A DNA stretch of 64,000 nucleotides from an uncultured Methanomicrobiaceae archaeon (GCA_963826525.1 CAWGXH010000004.1:288001-352000); one strand, 5' to 3'; shown: positions 44,815 to 56,136, counted from the first letter of the stretch. Notes: a model not told the origin generated them from the letters alone. Numbers and translations: made by a program.

Positions 44815-45415
44815 TCAGAAGACATCGACATCCTGATCCTGCTCTTCTCTCATTTTCGCTGTATATCCTTCAGGATCCCGTGCATACTCCCTGATCGTCC
44901 GGATCGCTTCTGCAGCTCGCAGGTCTCCCCGGTCTGTCAGAGACTCCTGGAGCAGGGCGAGCTCTCCCTCGTGCCGCCCGAGAACACCCGCCATGACGGG
45001 ATAGAGGTATTCCTCCTTCCTGACGGTATCGCCACCGAAACGGGGCGCGTCATGTGCCAGCTGCCCGATGACGGCCCCGTCACCCATATACGCCAGCACG
45101 TGCAGTGCATGCCGGACAATCGGGCGACTCTCGGGGGTGTCCCGAAACCGCAGGAGGACTCCCTCGACTGCCGGGCAAACGCCCCGGGATCGGTCGGCAG
45201 AACATGCTGCTTGACAGCGGCGTCGTACAGGATCTGGAGTGCCATGTAAGCAACCTTGTAATCCTGATCGAGTGCCATGACGACCGAATCCAGGAGCGTC
45301 GGCGTCGCACGACAGACCGATTTGTAGAGGAGCACCTCATGGAGGGCGGTGTAGATCGCATCGCGGTTGCCGGATGTCACGGCGTCTTTCAGGTCGGGAC
45401 TCCGGGGTTTTCCAT
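44815..45415 (-). CDS. Hypothetical helical protein (frameshifted)
   Basis: Overlapping protein-like ORFs 44937-45455 and 44815-45099 join into about 200 aa. Confidence 0.5.
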
Positions 45416-45749
45416 GGTATCGTTCCTGGCGAGTCTTCCGTGATGCGTGGTGCACGCACTCGCGGAGCGAGCGCGGGGGAGCGGGATGCTACGAGAAGGT
45501 GCGCCTCATCTCGTTTCATACCGGCGAGTGATGAAGATATCGTTCTTCCGTTCTCACGAAAAGAAGGGCGCTCGCCCCGTGACCGGATAACTCCCGGCCG
45601 AGGTCGCACCCGAACCATGAACGTGGTGCACGTGCCGCCCCGTATCCCCGGGGCACGGCAACTCAAAGGGGCAGCTCGCAGATCCACAGAGAACGGGTCA
45701 GAAGACTGATATGGCTGCAGGGGCGATACCCTCATCGGGAGGAGCAGGC

Positions 45750-46539
45750 ATGACGACAGGACTACGAACCTACGGAAGATCGCCCTACACCGTCGCCGTC
45801 GTTCACGGCGGTCCCGGGGCGCCGGGGGAGATGGCACCGGTAGCACGGGCTCTCTCTACGCATGCAGGCATCCTCGAGCCGCTCCAGACAGCGGCGACGC
45901 TCGACGGCCAGGTGCAGGAGCTCGCCGGAGTGCTGACCGGGCACGCAGACCAACCCGTCACTCTTATCGGGCACTCCTGGGGCGCGATCCTCGGGTTCAT
46001 CGTCGCCGCCCGGTACCCGGGGCTGGTAGGGAAACTCATCCTCGTCGGGAGCGCCCCTTTGAAGAACGGTATGCCGGCGGGATCATGGCGACCCGGCTAG
46101 AGCGACTCGGTGAGGAGGAGCGGAAGGAAGTCCGCTCTCTAGCGGAAGTTCTTCGCAATCCCACACACGAAGGCAACGACCGGGCCTTCGCGAGGTTCGG
46201 GGAACTGATGGCGGCGGCAGATGCCTATGATCCCCTGCCGCATGACGATGAGGTGCTCGGGTATCAGCCCGGGATCAACCATCGGGTATGGGGGGAGGCG
46301 AGGGTTCTCCGAAGCAGCGGAGAACTTCTTGCACTCGGAAGCGCGATCCGCTGCCCTGTGATCGCCATCCACGGCGACCGCGACCCCCATCCGGCAGCAG
46401 GAGTGCGCGAGCCTCTCTCCCGGGTGCTCGCCGACTTCCGGTTCGTACTGCTCCTGAGTGCGGTCATGCGCCGTGGCATGAGCGGCGGGCACGGGATCTC
46501 TTCTATACGCTCCTTGAACAGGAGATTCAGCGACGATGA
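45750..46539 (+). CDS. Alpha/beta hydrolase (two frameshifts)
   Basis: HGGPG, GHSWG nucleophile elbow, HGDRD, CGHAPW. Confidence 0.82.
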
Positions 46540-46679
46540 CAGGTTGGTTGCTGGAAAGGTCGCGAGATATTGGCAGATTCCACATCACTCTCCGGAGGAG
46601 AGACACCCGGGAGACCGTAACCGCCCGACAGGGCAGATGAAAAAGCGCGGCTGAATTTCGAAAAAATTGTTCTTCGGGG

Positions 46680-47270
46680 TTACACCGGAACGATCCGGTT
46701 GCCGTAGACCTCATTGATGATCTGGCCGAGCCCGATGTAGAGTGCAAGGCCCCCCGCAAGGAGTCCCATCAGTCCACCGAGGGTCAGAATGAAGGCGTTC
46801 CCGGAGAGATCCGCTGCGACCAGGAGGGCGACCAGCAGCACCACCGCGAGGAACGTAACCTGCAGGATACGGTGCATCTTGAAGGTGCAGATGAAAAGCC
46901 CTACGGCAAAGAGCCCCCAGACGCTGAGGAACGCGGCAGCCTCAACGGTTCCCGGCGCTTGTGCAAGGCCCAGAGCCGGGAGCATTGCAATCGCGGCAAA
47001 GGATACCCAGAAAAACCCGAAGCTCACGAACGTGACAAAGCCGAAGGTGTTGTTCTTCTTCCATTCCAGGATACCGGCGATGATCTGGGCGATGCCCCCA
47101 TAAAGAATGGCCATCGCAAGGATCGGGCTCCCGAGGGCAATGATGCCGACGTTATGCAGGCTCAGTGCCATGGTCGTCATGCCGAACGCACAAAGCCCGA
47201 GTGGTGCAGGATTTGCTGTGTCATCAACAAGGAATATGCTGTTTCTGCTCGTATCGTCTGCCTGATTCAT
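46680..47270 (-). CDS. Acetate uptake transporter (SatP/GPR1/FUN34/YaaH family)
   Basis: ANPAPLGLCAFGMTT, YGGIAQ, NNTFG, FFW. Confidence 0.92.
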   Translation of the reverse strand: MNQADDTSRNSIFLVDDTANPAPLGLCAFGMTTMALSLHNVGIIALGSPILAMAILYGGIAQIIAGILEWKKNNTFGFVTFVSFGFFWVSFAAIAMLPALGLAQAPGTVEAAAFLSVWGLFAVGLFICTFKMHRILQVTFLAVVLLVALLVAADLSGNAFILTLGGLMGLLAGGLALYIGLGQIINEVYGNRIVPV

Positions 47271-47839
47271 AGTTTCCTCTCCTGGCACGGCGGATTGAAC
47301 CTCTGCTGCACCAACAGGATCACATTTGTGGTGCCCGGTATTTATCCGTTTCACAATGAGTGCACCAATTGCCGAGAGGTGCACCGAATATCTGCACAGT
47401 TTCAGAGAGAAGTGCACCACAATGCGTCGGATGATGCCCGGCCGCAGGACCGTATCGGACAGGGAGTCCATATGATCCGCACCGCATCCGGCCCACACCC
47501 CCAAGAGAGATCCTATCTCCCGACCCACCCAACCGTGTCGAGTTCGAGGACGCACGGTTCCGTCTCACCGGAGGGACAAGGAGAGTATCGGAGCGACGAA
47601 TCCCCCGCCCGAACCCCGATCACCGGGATCGGGAAAGCCGATCCGTGCAAGGTGCGCGCTCATCGGGCCGCGGCAGGCGGCGGCACACTCTCAAGGGATC
47701 TTCCGGCGTTTCGCCACGCCCGATCACCTGCTTCTCCATGCTCCCAACTGTCACCGCCATTACCAACGTGCTGATCTGATAAGCCCGCAGGTAGATGTAT
47801 GCGTACTGCAGAATGCGTGCAGCAACCGGGTGATACCTG

Positions 47840-48217
47840 ATGAGCTGGCAAGATATTGGAATAACGGCGATCACGATTCTGTTCTCGGTCATGCTCCTGC
47901 CGCAGCTCCGCGACGTCATCTCCCGCGGCACCGTGCTGAACTTCTTCTCCGCACTCTGCACCGGCATTCTGGCCGTTCTCATGTGCCTGATATTCGCCAC
48001 CCTCGAACTCTGGCTCTCGGTAGCCGCCGAGTCGGTCGTAGCAGCCGTCTGGATGGCGCTCGCCTATTTCTCGGTGAAGAATGTGCGGGATGCGGTATAC
48101 CCCGAGAGGACGCTCTGGTTTGTGGCCGGGGATTTCTTCACCGTCTGGGCGATGGGTGTTGTTTTTCTCGCATCGAAGGGTGTGAGACGGTTATTCTCAA
48201 GGAACCATCCCGACTGA
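47840..48217 (+). CDS. Small membrane protein (PQ-loop-like)
   Basis: Three TM segments; MLLPQL in the first helix. Confidence 0.55.
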   Translation: MSWQDIGITAITILFSVMLLPQLRDVISRGTVLNFFSALCTGILAVLMCLIFATLELWLSVAAESVVAAVWMALAYFSVKNVRDAVYPERTLWFVAGDFFTVWAMGVVFLASKGVRRLFSRNHPD

Positions 48218-48499
48218 AGGCGGAGCGGCATGGCCGCCGTTACTCGCCCGGTGCGGGAAACCTTTGATAACCTCCGGGCGCCCAAGCAGGAACCGCATGG
48301 ATAGTGTCTCGGCGGCGATCACGCAGAGCTTCGTGCGGCTCATCGGCGGCGAATCCGTATCGTTCGAGAGCCTCTTTGCAGGAGAGCCACGGATCGATAC
48401 CTCCCTGCACGGCGAGATCAGGGGGAGAAGAGCATTTGCCCGATTTATTGACGAGCAGCGGCGCCTTCTTCGGGAGGAGAGGGTGCAGAGGAGGTCAGG

Positions 48500-49024
48500 A
48501 ACCCCCCTGCCCCCGATAGTCTGATTCCGGGTCTGGTTCATCGCCGGGCTGCACTGCTCTGTGAGGCTCATCAGCGTGGCGTTCTCGGACGTGACGTTGA
48601 ACGGCCGGATGACGATCCGGCCGTCTGCCATCTGCTCGACGTCGGGAACCGGGTATCAAAAACACCTCCATGCCCATGTCCTGTGCAGGACGGCAAAGAG
48701 CCGGTCGGTGGCGACGAACGTATGGATAGTAACCGTGACGTTCTCACTCATCCCGGGTTCGACCCCGGTGTAGCCGATGACACCGCCGGGATGGTCGAAG
48801 AGATTATTGTGGATCATGAGCCAGCCGGATCCGTTGCTCACGACCTCGTCGACAGTGACGTTGCCGACGACTCCGTCACCCGCGATTGCCTGATCCGTGA
48901 CATTGACCAACGATATGACCGTTTCGCTCATCGCAGTCTGGTTCGTCTGCTGGGTGGACGATACACCGGCCATGGATGCCGGCAGCAGAGCAGCTGCACA
49001 AACAAACCCGATGGTCTTCATCAT
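48500..49024 (-). pseudogene. Secreted DUF7282-like surface protein, disrupted
   Basis: Signal peptide; VTVDEVVSNGSGWLMIH...GVIGYTGVEPG...LFAVLH; reading frame breaks afterwards. Confidence 0.55.
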
Positions 49025-49142
49025 CTATCCCCCCTCGCCCCCGCAGAGGCGAGCCGTCTGGTGCAGGTAATGACGAATACGTGTTTGGGCACTTCCCCGG
49101 TCGGCGCATACAGGGGGAATACCCGGCCGGAAAACCGCAGGA

Positions 49143-49529
49143 CTACGACTCAAGGAGCCCCGTCGTCTGCCCGACCTCAATCAGGTGCCCGTCCGGGTCG
49201 CGCAGGTAGCACCGGATCTCGACGCCCCGATCGATCGGCGGCGTCAGGAAGTCGGCGCCCGGCCTCCGCCACTCATCATAGACCGCGTGAATATCAGCCA
49301 CCCTGATGTTTAACGCACTGGCGACAGTATTCGGATCTCGCGGCGGCGTCATCGTCACCTCCGGCTTATCGTCGGTCGGCCCTCCCCCCGTGTTGATGAT
49401 GAGCCAGCTGTTCAGAAAGCGCATAACACACGGGTCGCGTTCGCGCACCACCGTCGCCCCCAGCACGTCCCGGTAAAACGTGCGTGAACGATCGATATCC
49501 TCGACGATGAGCAGCATGGTGAGCAGCAT
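49143..49529 (-). CDS. VOC/glyoxalase-family protein
   Basis: VEDIDRSRTFYRDVLG, LRDPDGHLIE. Confidence 0.88.
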   Translation of the reverse strand: MLLTMLLIVEDIDRSRTFYRDVLGATVVRERDPCVMRFLNSWLIINTGGGPTDDKPEVTMTPPRDPNTVASALNIRVADIHAVYDEWRRPGADFLTPPIDRGVEIRCYLRDPDGHLIEVGQTTGLLES

Positions 49530-49684
49530 GCCCTTATCAGGCGTCAGGAAAATCCTCTTTCACAATAGATCCCTCCGTTTCACGAGAGGGACGCATCCCT
49601 GGTAAAGCTATGCCCGGTCGTGCAGGTGCGGTGCAGCCGGGCGCAACCGGGGAGGCTCCGGGAGTGGAAGACTGCAATAAAAGA

Positions 49685-50242
49685 TTAGGCATGGTGGCGT
49701 CCCAGGAAATAGACGCCGATACAGATGACGCCGATCGAGATTGCCATTGCCAGCATGTCGATAGACGTAGTGAACTGCATGGTGAGAATGCGCTGGAAGA
49801 AACTGACGATCAGCACCATGATGATCACCTTGATGATCTTGTTCTTCAGGTCGTCGAGACTGGAGACTTCAAGGATGCTCCCGAACGAATCATCCTTCCG
49901 TGCGATGTCTATCTCCGAGATGAAGAGCTCGTAAATGCCGAAGCTGAAGATGAGCAGGACGAGACCGATCAGGTAGAAATCCACTGCCCCGATGATTGCG
50001 ATCAGAATATCCTCGTGGGTCAGGTGGCTATCCGTTACCAGGATATACTCCACGAGTATATTGAAAACTTCCAGAGAACCGGCAATAAACAGAACAATTG
50101 CACTGAGCGCTCCGAAGATCACGCCGAGCAGAACGATAAACCGTGAATTCCAGAGAATTCGTTCAAAGACGTTCTCTATAACGCTCAGGTTCCGCTCCTG
50201 AATGAGAGGTGCCGGACTATCCGGTATCTTGACTTTCTCCAT
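49685..50242 (-). CDS. YqhA/UPF0114-family membrane protein
   Basis: AVDFYLIG...FGIYELFIS...SLDDLKNKI. Confidence 0.88.
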   Translation of the reverse strand: MEKVKIPDSPAPLIQERNLSVIENVFERILWNSRFIVLLGVIFGALSAIVLFIAGSLEVFNILVEYILVTDSHLTHEDILIAIIGAVDFYLIGLVLLIFSFGIYELFISEIDIARKDDSFGSILEVSSLDDLKNKIIKVIIMVLIVSFFQRILTMQFTTSIDMLAMAISIGVICIGVYFLGRHHA

Positions 50243-50492
50243 AATCTGTCCCTTGATGTGGGTAGTACATCTGTCGGTGATAGATTAACAACTTTTCAGA
50301 ATCATTCTGATCGCAGGATAAAAATCAGGCGAAACCCTGCCGGTGAGAACAGCCGTTCGGAACAGGGCGGGTTCCCCGCCGAAAGGGCGGCCACCCGTTC
50401 TCCCGGACGGCGGGGGCCTGCAGGCACCCTGAAAAAGTATATATTCAGGTTCGCTCTGACCTGCTGCCGGGTACAGGCAGGGAATCGACAGT

Positions 50493-51421
50493 ATGGCGCT
50501 TCACACCTTCGTGCAATTCATCCGGCTCGGGCGGTATCCCCTCCTCCTCTCGGGCTTTGTCCCTTTCCTCGGGGGAGCGCTCTTCGCACTGCTCAGGGGA
50601 GCGGATTTCTCCCTCGCCCAGTTCCTTCTCGGCTACACCGCCATGGCTGCAGCCCACCTCTGCAGTCCATTACAGCAACGATTACTTCGATGCCGATGCC
50701 GACCTGTTCGGTGAACCGAGCGGCATCTCCGGCGGGAGCGGAGTTCTTGGGGAGAATCCCGCACTCAGGCCGTAACGCGAAATGGGCGGCCGTTGCACTC
50801 ATGACCGTTTCTATCCTGCTCGGGTACGTATTCCTGATTATCTACGAGTTTCCGTCGTATTTCCTCGCATTCGCCATCGGCGGAAACCTCCTCGGCTGGT
50901 TCTACACCGCACCTCCCCTGAGACTCGCATACAACGGCCTCGGGGAGATCACCACTATGATCACCTTCGGCCTTCTCATGCCGGGGGCGGGATACTTCGT
51001 GGCGATGGGAACTCTTGACCCCGCCTTCTTTGCATACAGCGTGCCGTTCTTCCTCTACGGACTCGTCTTTATCACCAGTGTCGAGATCCCGGATATGGAA
51101 GGGGATATCGCCGGGGAAAACCGACGATGATCGTCAGGAGAGGGAGAAGCGTACGGTTTTCGGATCATCGCCCTCGCGGCGGCATCGGCGACGCTGGTTA
51201 TCACTCTGTATGCGGCCACGAGTCTCTTCGCACCGGTAAACTTCTGGCCGCTTGCCGCGATTTCGTGCATACCGCTCGGCGTTGCCCTCCGGGGATATAC
51301 CGCTCGGTGCACCGAGCGATCCGGCGCCATACGCTACGCGACCGCGAACATCACAGCCTATTTCTTCTTCACGGGACTGGCTGCGCTGTACTTCCTTCTG
51401 CTGGTTGCCGACGGCATCTGA
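50493..51421 (+). CDS. MenA-like UbiA-superfamily prenyltransferase (several frameshifts)
   Basis: HYSNDYFD, SGGSGVL, YTAPPLRLAYNGLGE, EIPDMEGD..GK. Confidence 0.8.
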
Positions 51422-51525
51422 AGGGCGTTCATGTTCCGGTACGGCACGGAGCAATGCATGTATATCGGTTCTGGAAGAAGTACCACACAAGCAGATACGC
51501 TATCGTATCGAGGGAGGAAAAGAGC

Positions 51526-52008
51526 GTGGGTTTTGATTGTATCCAGTGCGGCGAGTGCTGCAGTTACCTCGGGCAGGTGCACGTCATCGCAGAAGAGTAT
51601 GGCGGGTACCGGTTCCTGATCCGGAACGTGTATACCGGGGAGAGGACGCCGGTCAGCATCGATGCCGATAAAATACATCTCTACCCGGAGAGGAGCATCT
51701 TTGAGAGATGCCCGGAGGCCTGCCCGTTCCTCCGGGAAGATCCCGAAAACCGGAGAGTCTGCTGCATCGTCCACGCCACCCGTCCCGAGATCTGCAGGGA
51801 CTTTTCGTGCTGGCGTCTGCTGATCGTCGACGGCACCGGGACGCGGGCGGGGAGGGTTATGGGTTCGCGGCACCTCGCCGCCGACGATCCCGTCCTGCGG
51901 GATATCTGGGATCGGGAAGTCAGGACGATACGTGAACCCGATGATGCCGCCTGGGAAGCGGAGATGATCCGGAGCATGAAGCGGGCGGGATACTCGGTGC
52001 GGCAGTAG
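51526..52008 (+). CDS. YkgJ-family cysteine-cluster protein
   Basis: CIQCGECC...CPFL...CCIVHATRPEICRDF. Confidence 0.85.
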   Translation: MGFDCIQCGECCSYLGQVHVIAEEYGGYRFLIRNVYTGERTPVSIDADKIHLYPERSIFERCPEACPFLREDPENRRVCCIVHATRPEICRDFSCWRLLIVDGTGTRAGRVMGSRHLAADDPVLRDIWDREVRTIREPDDAAWEAEMIRSMKRAGYSVRQ

Positions 52009-52039
52009 AGAGAAGGGGTTTCCTCCCGTCTCCCCCCGG

Positions 52040-52498
52040 CTACAGCCGCACCTCGAACGTCCGGGTGAACGGGACGTCGAATGTGGTGATGCCGAAATCG
52101 AACGTGCCCGAACCATTCACCCGGAAGGTGACCGCGCCATCCTGCACGAGCCGGAGAAAAGCCGCCACGAGCCCGAGATTGTCGACGGTCACCGGGATGG
52201 CGATGGTCGTATCGCCATCGGGCCGTATCGTAAAGCCCCCTCGCTCTCCGTGCGCGAGGAACTGCTGCCGACCGTCCTCCAGGAAGTAGATATCGAACGA
52301 GATATTCTCCAGGGTGGCGCCCACCGGATTCGGATTGGTGATGGTGAGCCGGAGCACGAGATCGATACTCGAAAGCGAGACATTTTCGACGGCAATCCCG
52401 TCAACGGCAATGGTCGGCCGTTGATACAGGGGTGCCGTGCAGCCTGCCGCAGCAAGGGCGGCAATACAGATGAGAAGAAGAAACCCTGCACGCCTCAT
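52040..52498 (-). CDS. LEA type 2 / WHy-domain lipoprotein
   Basis: LAAAGC lipobox; ITNPNP motif. Confidence 0.82.
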   Translation of the reverse strand: MRRAGFLLLICIAALAAAGCTAPLYQRPTIAVDGIAVENVSLSSIDLVLRLTITNPNPVGATLENISFDIYFLEDGRQQFLAHGERGGFTIRPDGDTTIAIPVTVDNLGLVAAFLRLVQDGAVTFRVNGSGTFDFGITTFDVPFTRTFEVRL

Positions 52499-52697
52499 GG
52501 TGCAGGGTAGGGAGATGCAGAACACGAAATAGGTATCGGAGTTACGAACGTGTGCTGCGCGAACCCGGAGCGAAAGATCTCCGAAAAACTTCGGGGTGCA
52601 ATGCCCGCCCCACCGCCCAGGGTTAAGTGGAAACAGTAAACAACAGGAAATAATAAAATGCAAACATTGGTGACGGAGCACTGCCACACTACACAGT

Positions 52698-53393
52698 ATG
52701 GCTGATGCATTCGTGGTGTACCCGATTGCAATCGAAGATACACTCACGGCAATCAGGGAAGGTCTCATGCACCGGTACACCGCATGGTATCTGCCCGGAT
52801 GTCGCCGAACGGAGAGAAGAACGCGAAGGCTGAGACGCATAAAAGCGTGGATCAGAGAGGTAGATCACCTGCAGTTGCAGGTCAAGAACGTAAACCAGAG
52901 AATGATCCCTGCTATCGAGGCGGATCTTGGGTATACCTTCAAAGATACGAGCCCCCTCATACGAATCCTCATGGACACCACAACCAGTCGCCTTTTTCTC
53001 GGTATCCTCAATACCCTGCCGGAAGCAGACCTGCCGGTACCTGCACGGGATATCTTCATGCTCGCAAAGATGCCGGGTGATGCAAGTGCTCTCGCCCTCA
53101 TCGGCGACGTCACGCTGCGGCTCCGGGTGATGCCGGCAGCGAGGAGCGGCGCTGCATCCTCCCCCGGAGATTCCGGTGCCCGGCCCGATGCGTCCATGCT
53201 GTTTGAAAGCCATATCACACTCTGCGACCGCTGGGAGCTTCTTGAAAATACCATCGCCCTTCGGCACCGCTCCCCTTTGACCGGAGAGAAGCGTGCACAG
53301 GAGAAGGTGACCCTCGTCCGGGCAGTCTTCGGTGCCCTCTACCTTGAAGGTGGGTGTGATGCCCTTGCGGCAGCAGCGCCGCTGCTCCAGTGA
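52698..53393 (+). CDS. RNase III-like domain protein, degenerate active site
   Basis: IEADLGYTFKD..L, ALALIGDVTL and AVFGALYLEGG resemble the RNase III fold motifs. Confidence 0.62.
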   Translation: MADAFVVYPIAIEDTLTAIREGLMHRYTAWYLPGCRRTERRTRRLRRIKAWIREVDHLQLQVKNVNQRMIPAIEADLGYTFKDTSPLIRILMDTTTSRLFLGILNTLPEADLPVPARDIFMLAKMPGDASALALIGDVTLRLRVMPAARSGAASSPGDSGARPDASMLFESHITLCDRWELLENTIALRHRSPLTGEKRAQEKVTLVRAVFGALYLEGGCDALAAAAPLLQ

Positions 53394-53488
53394 TCTCCCT
53401 GAACACACGTGACTGCTACTGCTATGAGGCCCTGGCACGAACGATAGTACGGATCACGACGGGAAAGCGATCCTGTGAGGCGAGCGGC

Positions 53489-54736
53489 ATGAAAGGAGAT
53501 ACCACTATTATCATCGGAGGCGGCCCTGCCGGACTCTTCTGCGCCCTGCAGGCAGCGGGAGACGCGCGAAAGGTGATCCTGCTTGAGAAGAAACGCTCCT
53601 GCGGCAGAAAACTCCTCCTCGCCGGATCGGGACAGTGCAATCTCACCCACGACGGAGAGATCGCCGGCTTTCTCTCCCACTACGGGGAGCACGGAGCGTT
53701 CCTTCGGCCTGCGCTCCTGAACTTCACGAACCGGGATCTTATCGCTTTCTTCGAGGAGCACGGGCTCGGGATGCGAGCCGAACCCGGTGGAAAAGTCTTC
53801 CCGGCATCACGGAGATCCTCGGATATCCTCGCCGTCCTCCTCAGGGACTGCGAGCGGCGGGGAGTCGAGATCCGCTGCAGCGAACCTGTGCTCTGTGTCA
53901 CACGAGGGGATGAGGGTTTTGCCGTTCAGTCCGGTGCGAACACGCTGCTTGCGGATACCCTTGTTATCGCCACGGGCGGCGCCTCCTATCCGGTCACCGG
54001 TTCAACCGGGGACGGGTACGCCCTTGCAGGGGAGCTCGGGCATACGATCACGGAGATTGCGCCTGCCCTCGCAGCGGTATATATCCGCGATTATCCGTTC
54101 ACCGACCTTGCAGGCATCTCGTTCACCGATCTTTCGATAGCGCTCTTCAGAGGCGGGAAAAAGATCCGCCAGCATACCGGCGACCTCCTGCTGACGCACA
54201 CGGGCCTATCAGGCCCCGGCATCCTCGATATCTCGCGGTATATCGCTCCAGGTGACCAGATCAGGGTCGCGTTTCTCCCGGGGATGAACCCGGATATGAT
54301 CAGGAGTACCGTGACCGCGACTATTGCAGCGAACGGTAGCCGCCTCGTGAAGACCGCCCTTACCGAGCTTCCTCTGCCCGAACGGTTCGCAAAGAGGCTG
54401 GTCGAACTCGCCGGGATCTCTCCTGATCTGAACGGTGCCAATCTCTCGAAGAAGGCGCGAAGCACACTCATCGCATCGCTCGCAGAGTATCCGTTCACTG
54501 TGCAGAGCCTCGCCGGCTTCGATGAGGCCATGGTTACACGGGGTGGGATCTCCCTCGCCGAGATCAATCAAAAAACCATGGAGTCGAGACTGGTGCCCCA
54601 CCTCTACTGCATCGGCGAAGTCCTTGACATCGACGGCGATACGGGCGGGTATAATCTGCAGGCGGCCTTCTCTACCGCAGCTCTCTGCCGCGCAGCATAT
54701 GGCCGGGAAGGGAACCCGCCGACCGTGAAGTCGTGA
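53489..54736 (+). CDS. HI0933/YhiN/BaiN-family flavoprotein
   Basis: IIGGGPAG, GRKLLLAGSGQCNLT, ATGGASYP, VTRGG, DGDTGGYNLQ. Confidence 0.9.
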   Translation: MKGDTTIIIGGGPAGLFCALQAAGDARKVILLEKKRSCGRKLLLAGSGQCNLTHDGEIAGFLSHYGEHGAFLRPALLNFTNRDLIAFFEEHGLGMRAEPGGKVFPASRRSSDILAVLLRDCERRGVEIRCSEPVLCVTRGDEGFAVQSGANTLLADTLVIATGGASYPVTGSTGDGYALAGELGHTITEIAPALAAVYIRDYPFTDLAGISFTDLSIALFRGGKKIRQHTGDLLLTHTGLSGPGILDISRYIAPGDQIRVAFLPGMNPDMIRSTVTATIAANGSRLVKTALTELPLPERFAKRLVELAGISPDLNGANLSKKARSTLIASLAEYPFTVQSLAGFDEAMVTRGGISLAEINQKTMESRLVPHLYCIGEVLDIDGDTGGYNLQAAFSTAALCRAAYGREGNPPTVKS

Positions 54737-55105
54737 GTGGAGAGCGCCCACCGACAGCCCCGCATGCCGCCGAAAAGGACACGCCGCTACGAAAAGAGCG
54801 CGTTCCGAAAGATCTCTTCTGCAGGAAGACCGGTGGCGCCGATATCTCCGTTGTAAGACAGCAGATTCAGGAGTTTGGGAACTGGAACATATAAACAGCC
54901 ATTTTAGTTTTTTCCACAGGACTGGTGAGAAAAACCGTCAGGAGCCACCCCACGGAGGACATAAAACCTCAGCAAGACGTAGCCGACTATAGAGAAGAAA
55001 TAGGCTACAATATAACTCAAATTCGACGATACCAAGGAATTTCTGAGAGAATCAAATAATAAGTTTCTAATACATTTATAGACATCAGAGATCTGAGCAG
55101 ATACC

Positions 55106-55649
55106 GTGATCGTGACCGTCCTTTCGGCAATCCTTCTCATCTCACTCATCACTCCGCAGGGAGTGCCCTTCTATTCGGATATCGGCCTTGAGAATGCAGA
55201 CAGTCTATCCCGATGCCACCATTCCGGCAGCCATTGCTGCCGCAGAAACCCCGGGGGTTCCCCCCGAGGAGTTCCTACGGGAAGTCGAGATAGAAACCAA
55301 CCGCTACATCGACGGGAAGCCGCGGTTCTTCCCGGTCGGGATCAATACAACCCTGCAGAACCGGATCGGCGACTGCACGGACCTCGCCCTGCTCCGCGTG
55401 GAGGTGCTCAGGGAAAACGGCGTCAGCGCCCGGCCGGTCCATGGCATCATGATCTGGGATACGAAGCGATTCAAGAGTGACGCTCTTCACCTCGAGTTCC
55501 GCGGGACCGCCGTCGGCATTCACGACTGGGTTGAACTCGACAGTGGCCGGACACTCGGCGCATACGAGGGAAGGGATGAGATCCGCTGTGTGAAGATCGG
55601 CAACGGCGTCTGCCTTCAGCCCATATTCCACCTCACGGGATATCTCTGA
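55106..55649 (+). CDS. Secreted transglutaminase-like protein (frameshift near the 5' end)
   Basis: Signal-like N-terminus; GDCTDLALL and HDWVE motifs. Confidence 0.68.
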
Positions 55650-55661
55650 CGGCCGCAACAG

Positions 55662-56136
55662 TCATCTCTGCAGAATCGTCCCCGCAAACTCCTCGAGCTT
55701 CCGACCGTAGGTTCCGGCATCCACCTCATCTTTGAGGGTAACGGCGGAGGAGACAAAGCGCATTCCCTTCTTCGTAAGCCAGTCCCTGACGGCACGAACG
55801 GCACTCTCCGCGCCCGAACCCTTCATCTCCACGAGCACCGATAACGGTTTTCCGGCGCAGTTCGAGAGCTCCGAGAGGTATTCATTGACATAGGGCGGAA
55901 CTTTTTGTGCCCAGACGGGCATTGCGATAATGAGATGATCGACATCAGAGAGAGCAGCATCGAGCGGCCCTATCGCCGCCTTCATTCCGAGCGTGGCTCG
56001 CATTGCTTTCCCGAACATGCCCGACTCGGCGACGGGCTCTATCCCTGCAGTTCTTCTGCATGAAGCACTCTGCCAGCGCCGTCGCTACCGTCTCTGTATG
56101 CCCCTGCCAGGGGTAGTATACGATCCGTACCTTCAC
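55662..56136 (-). CDS. Flavodoxin-family protein (frameshifted)
   Basis: IVYYPWQGHTETVA, IAMPVWA. Confidence 0.72.
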
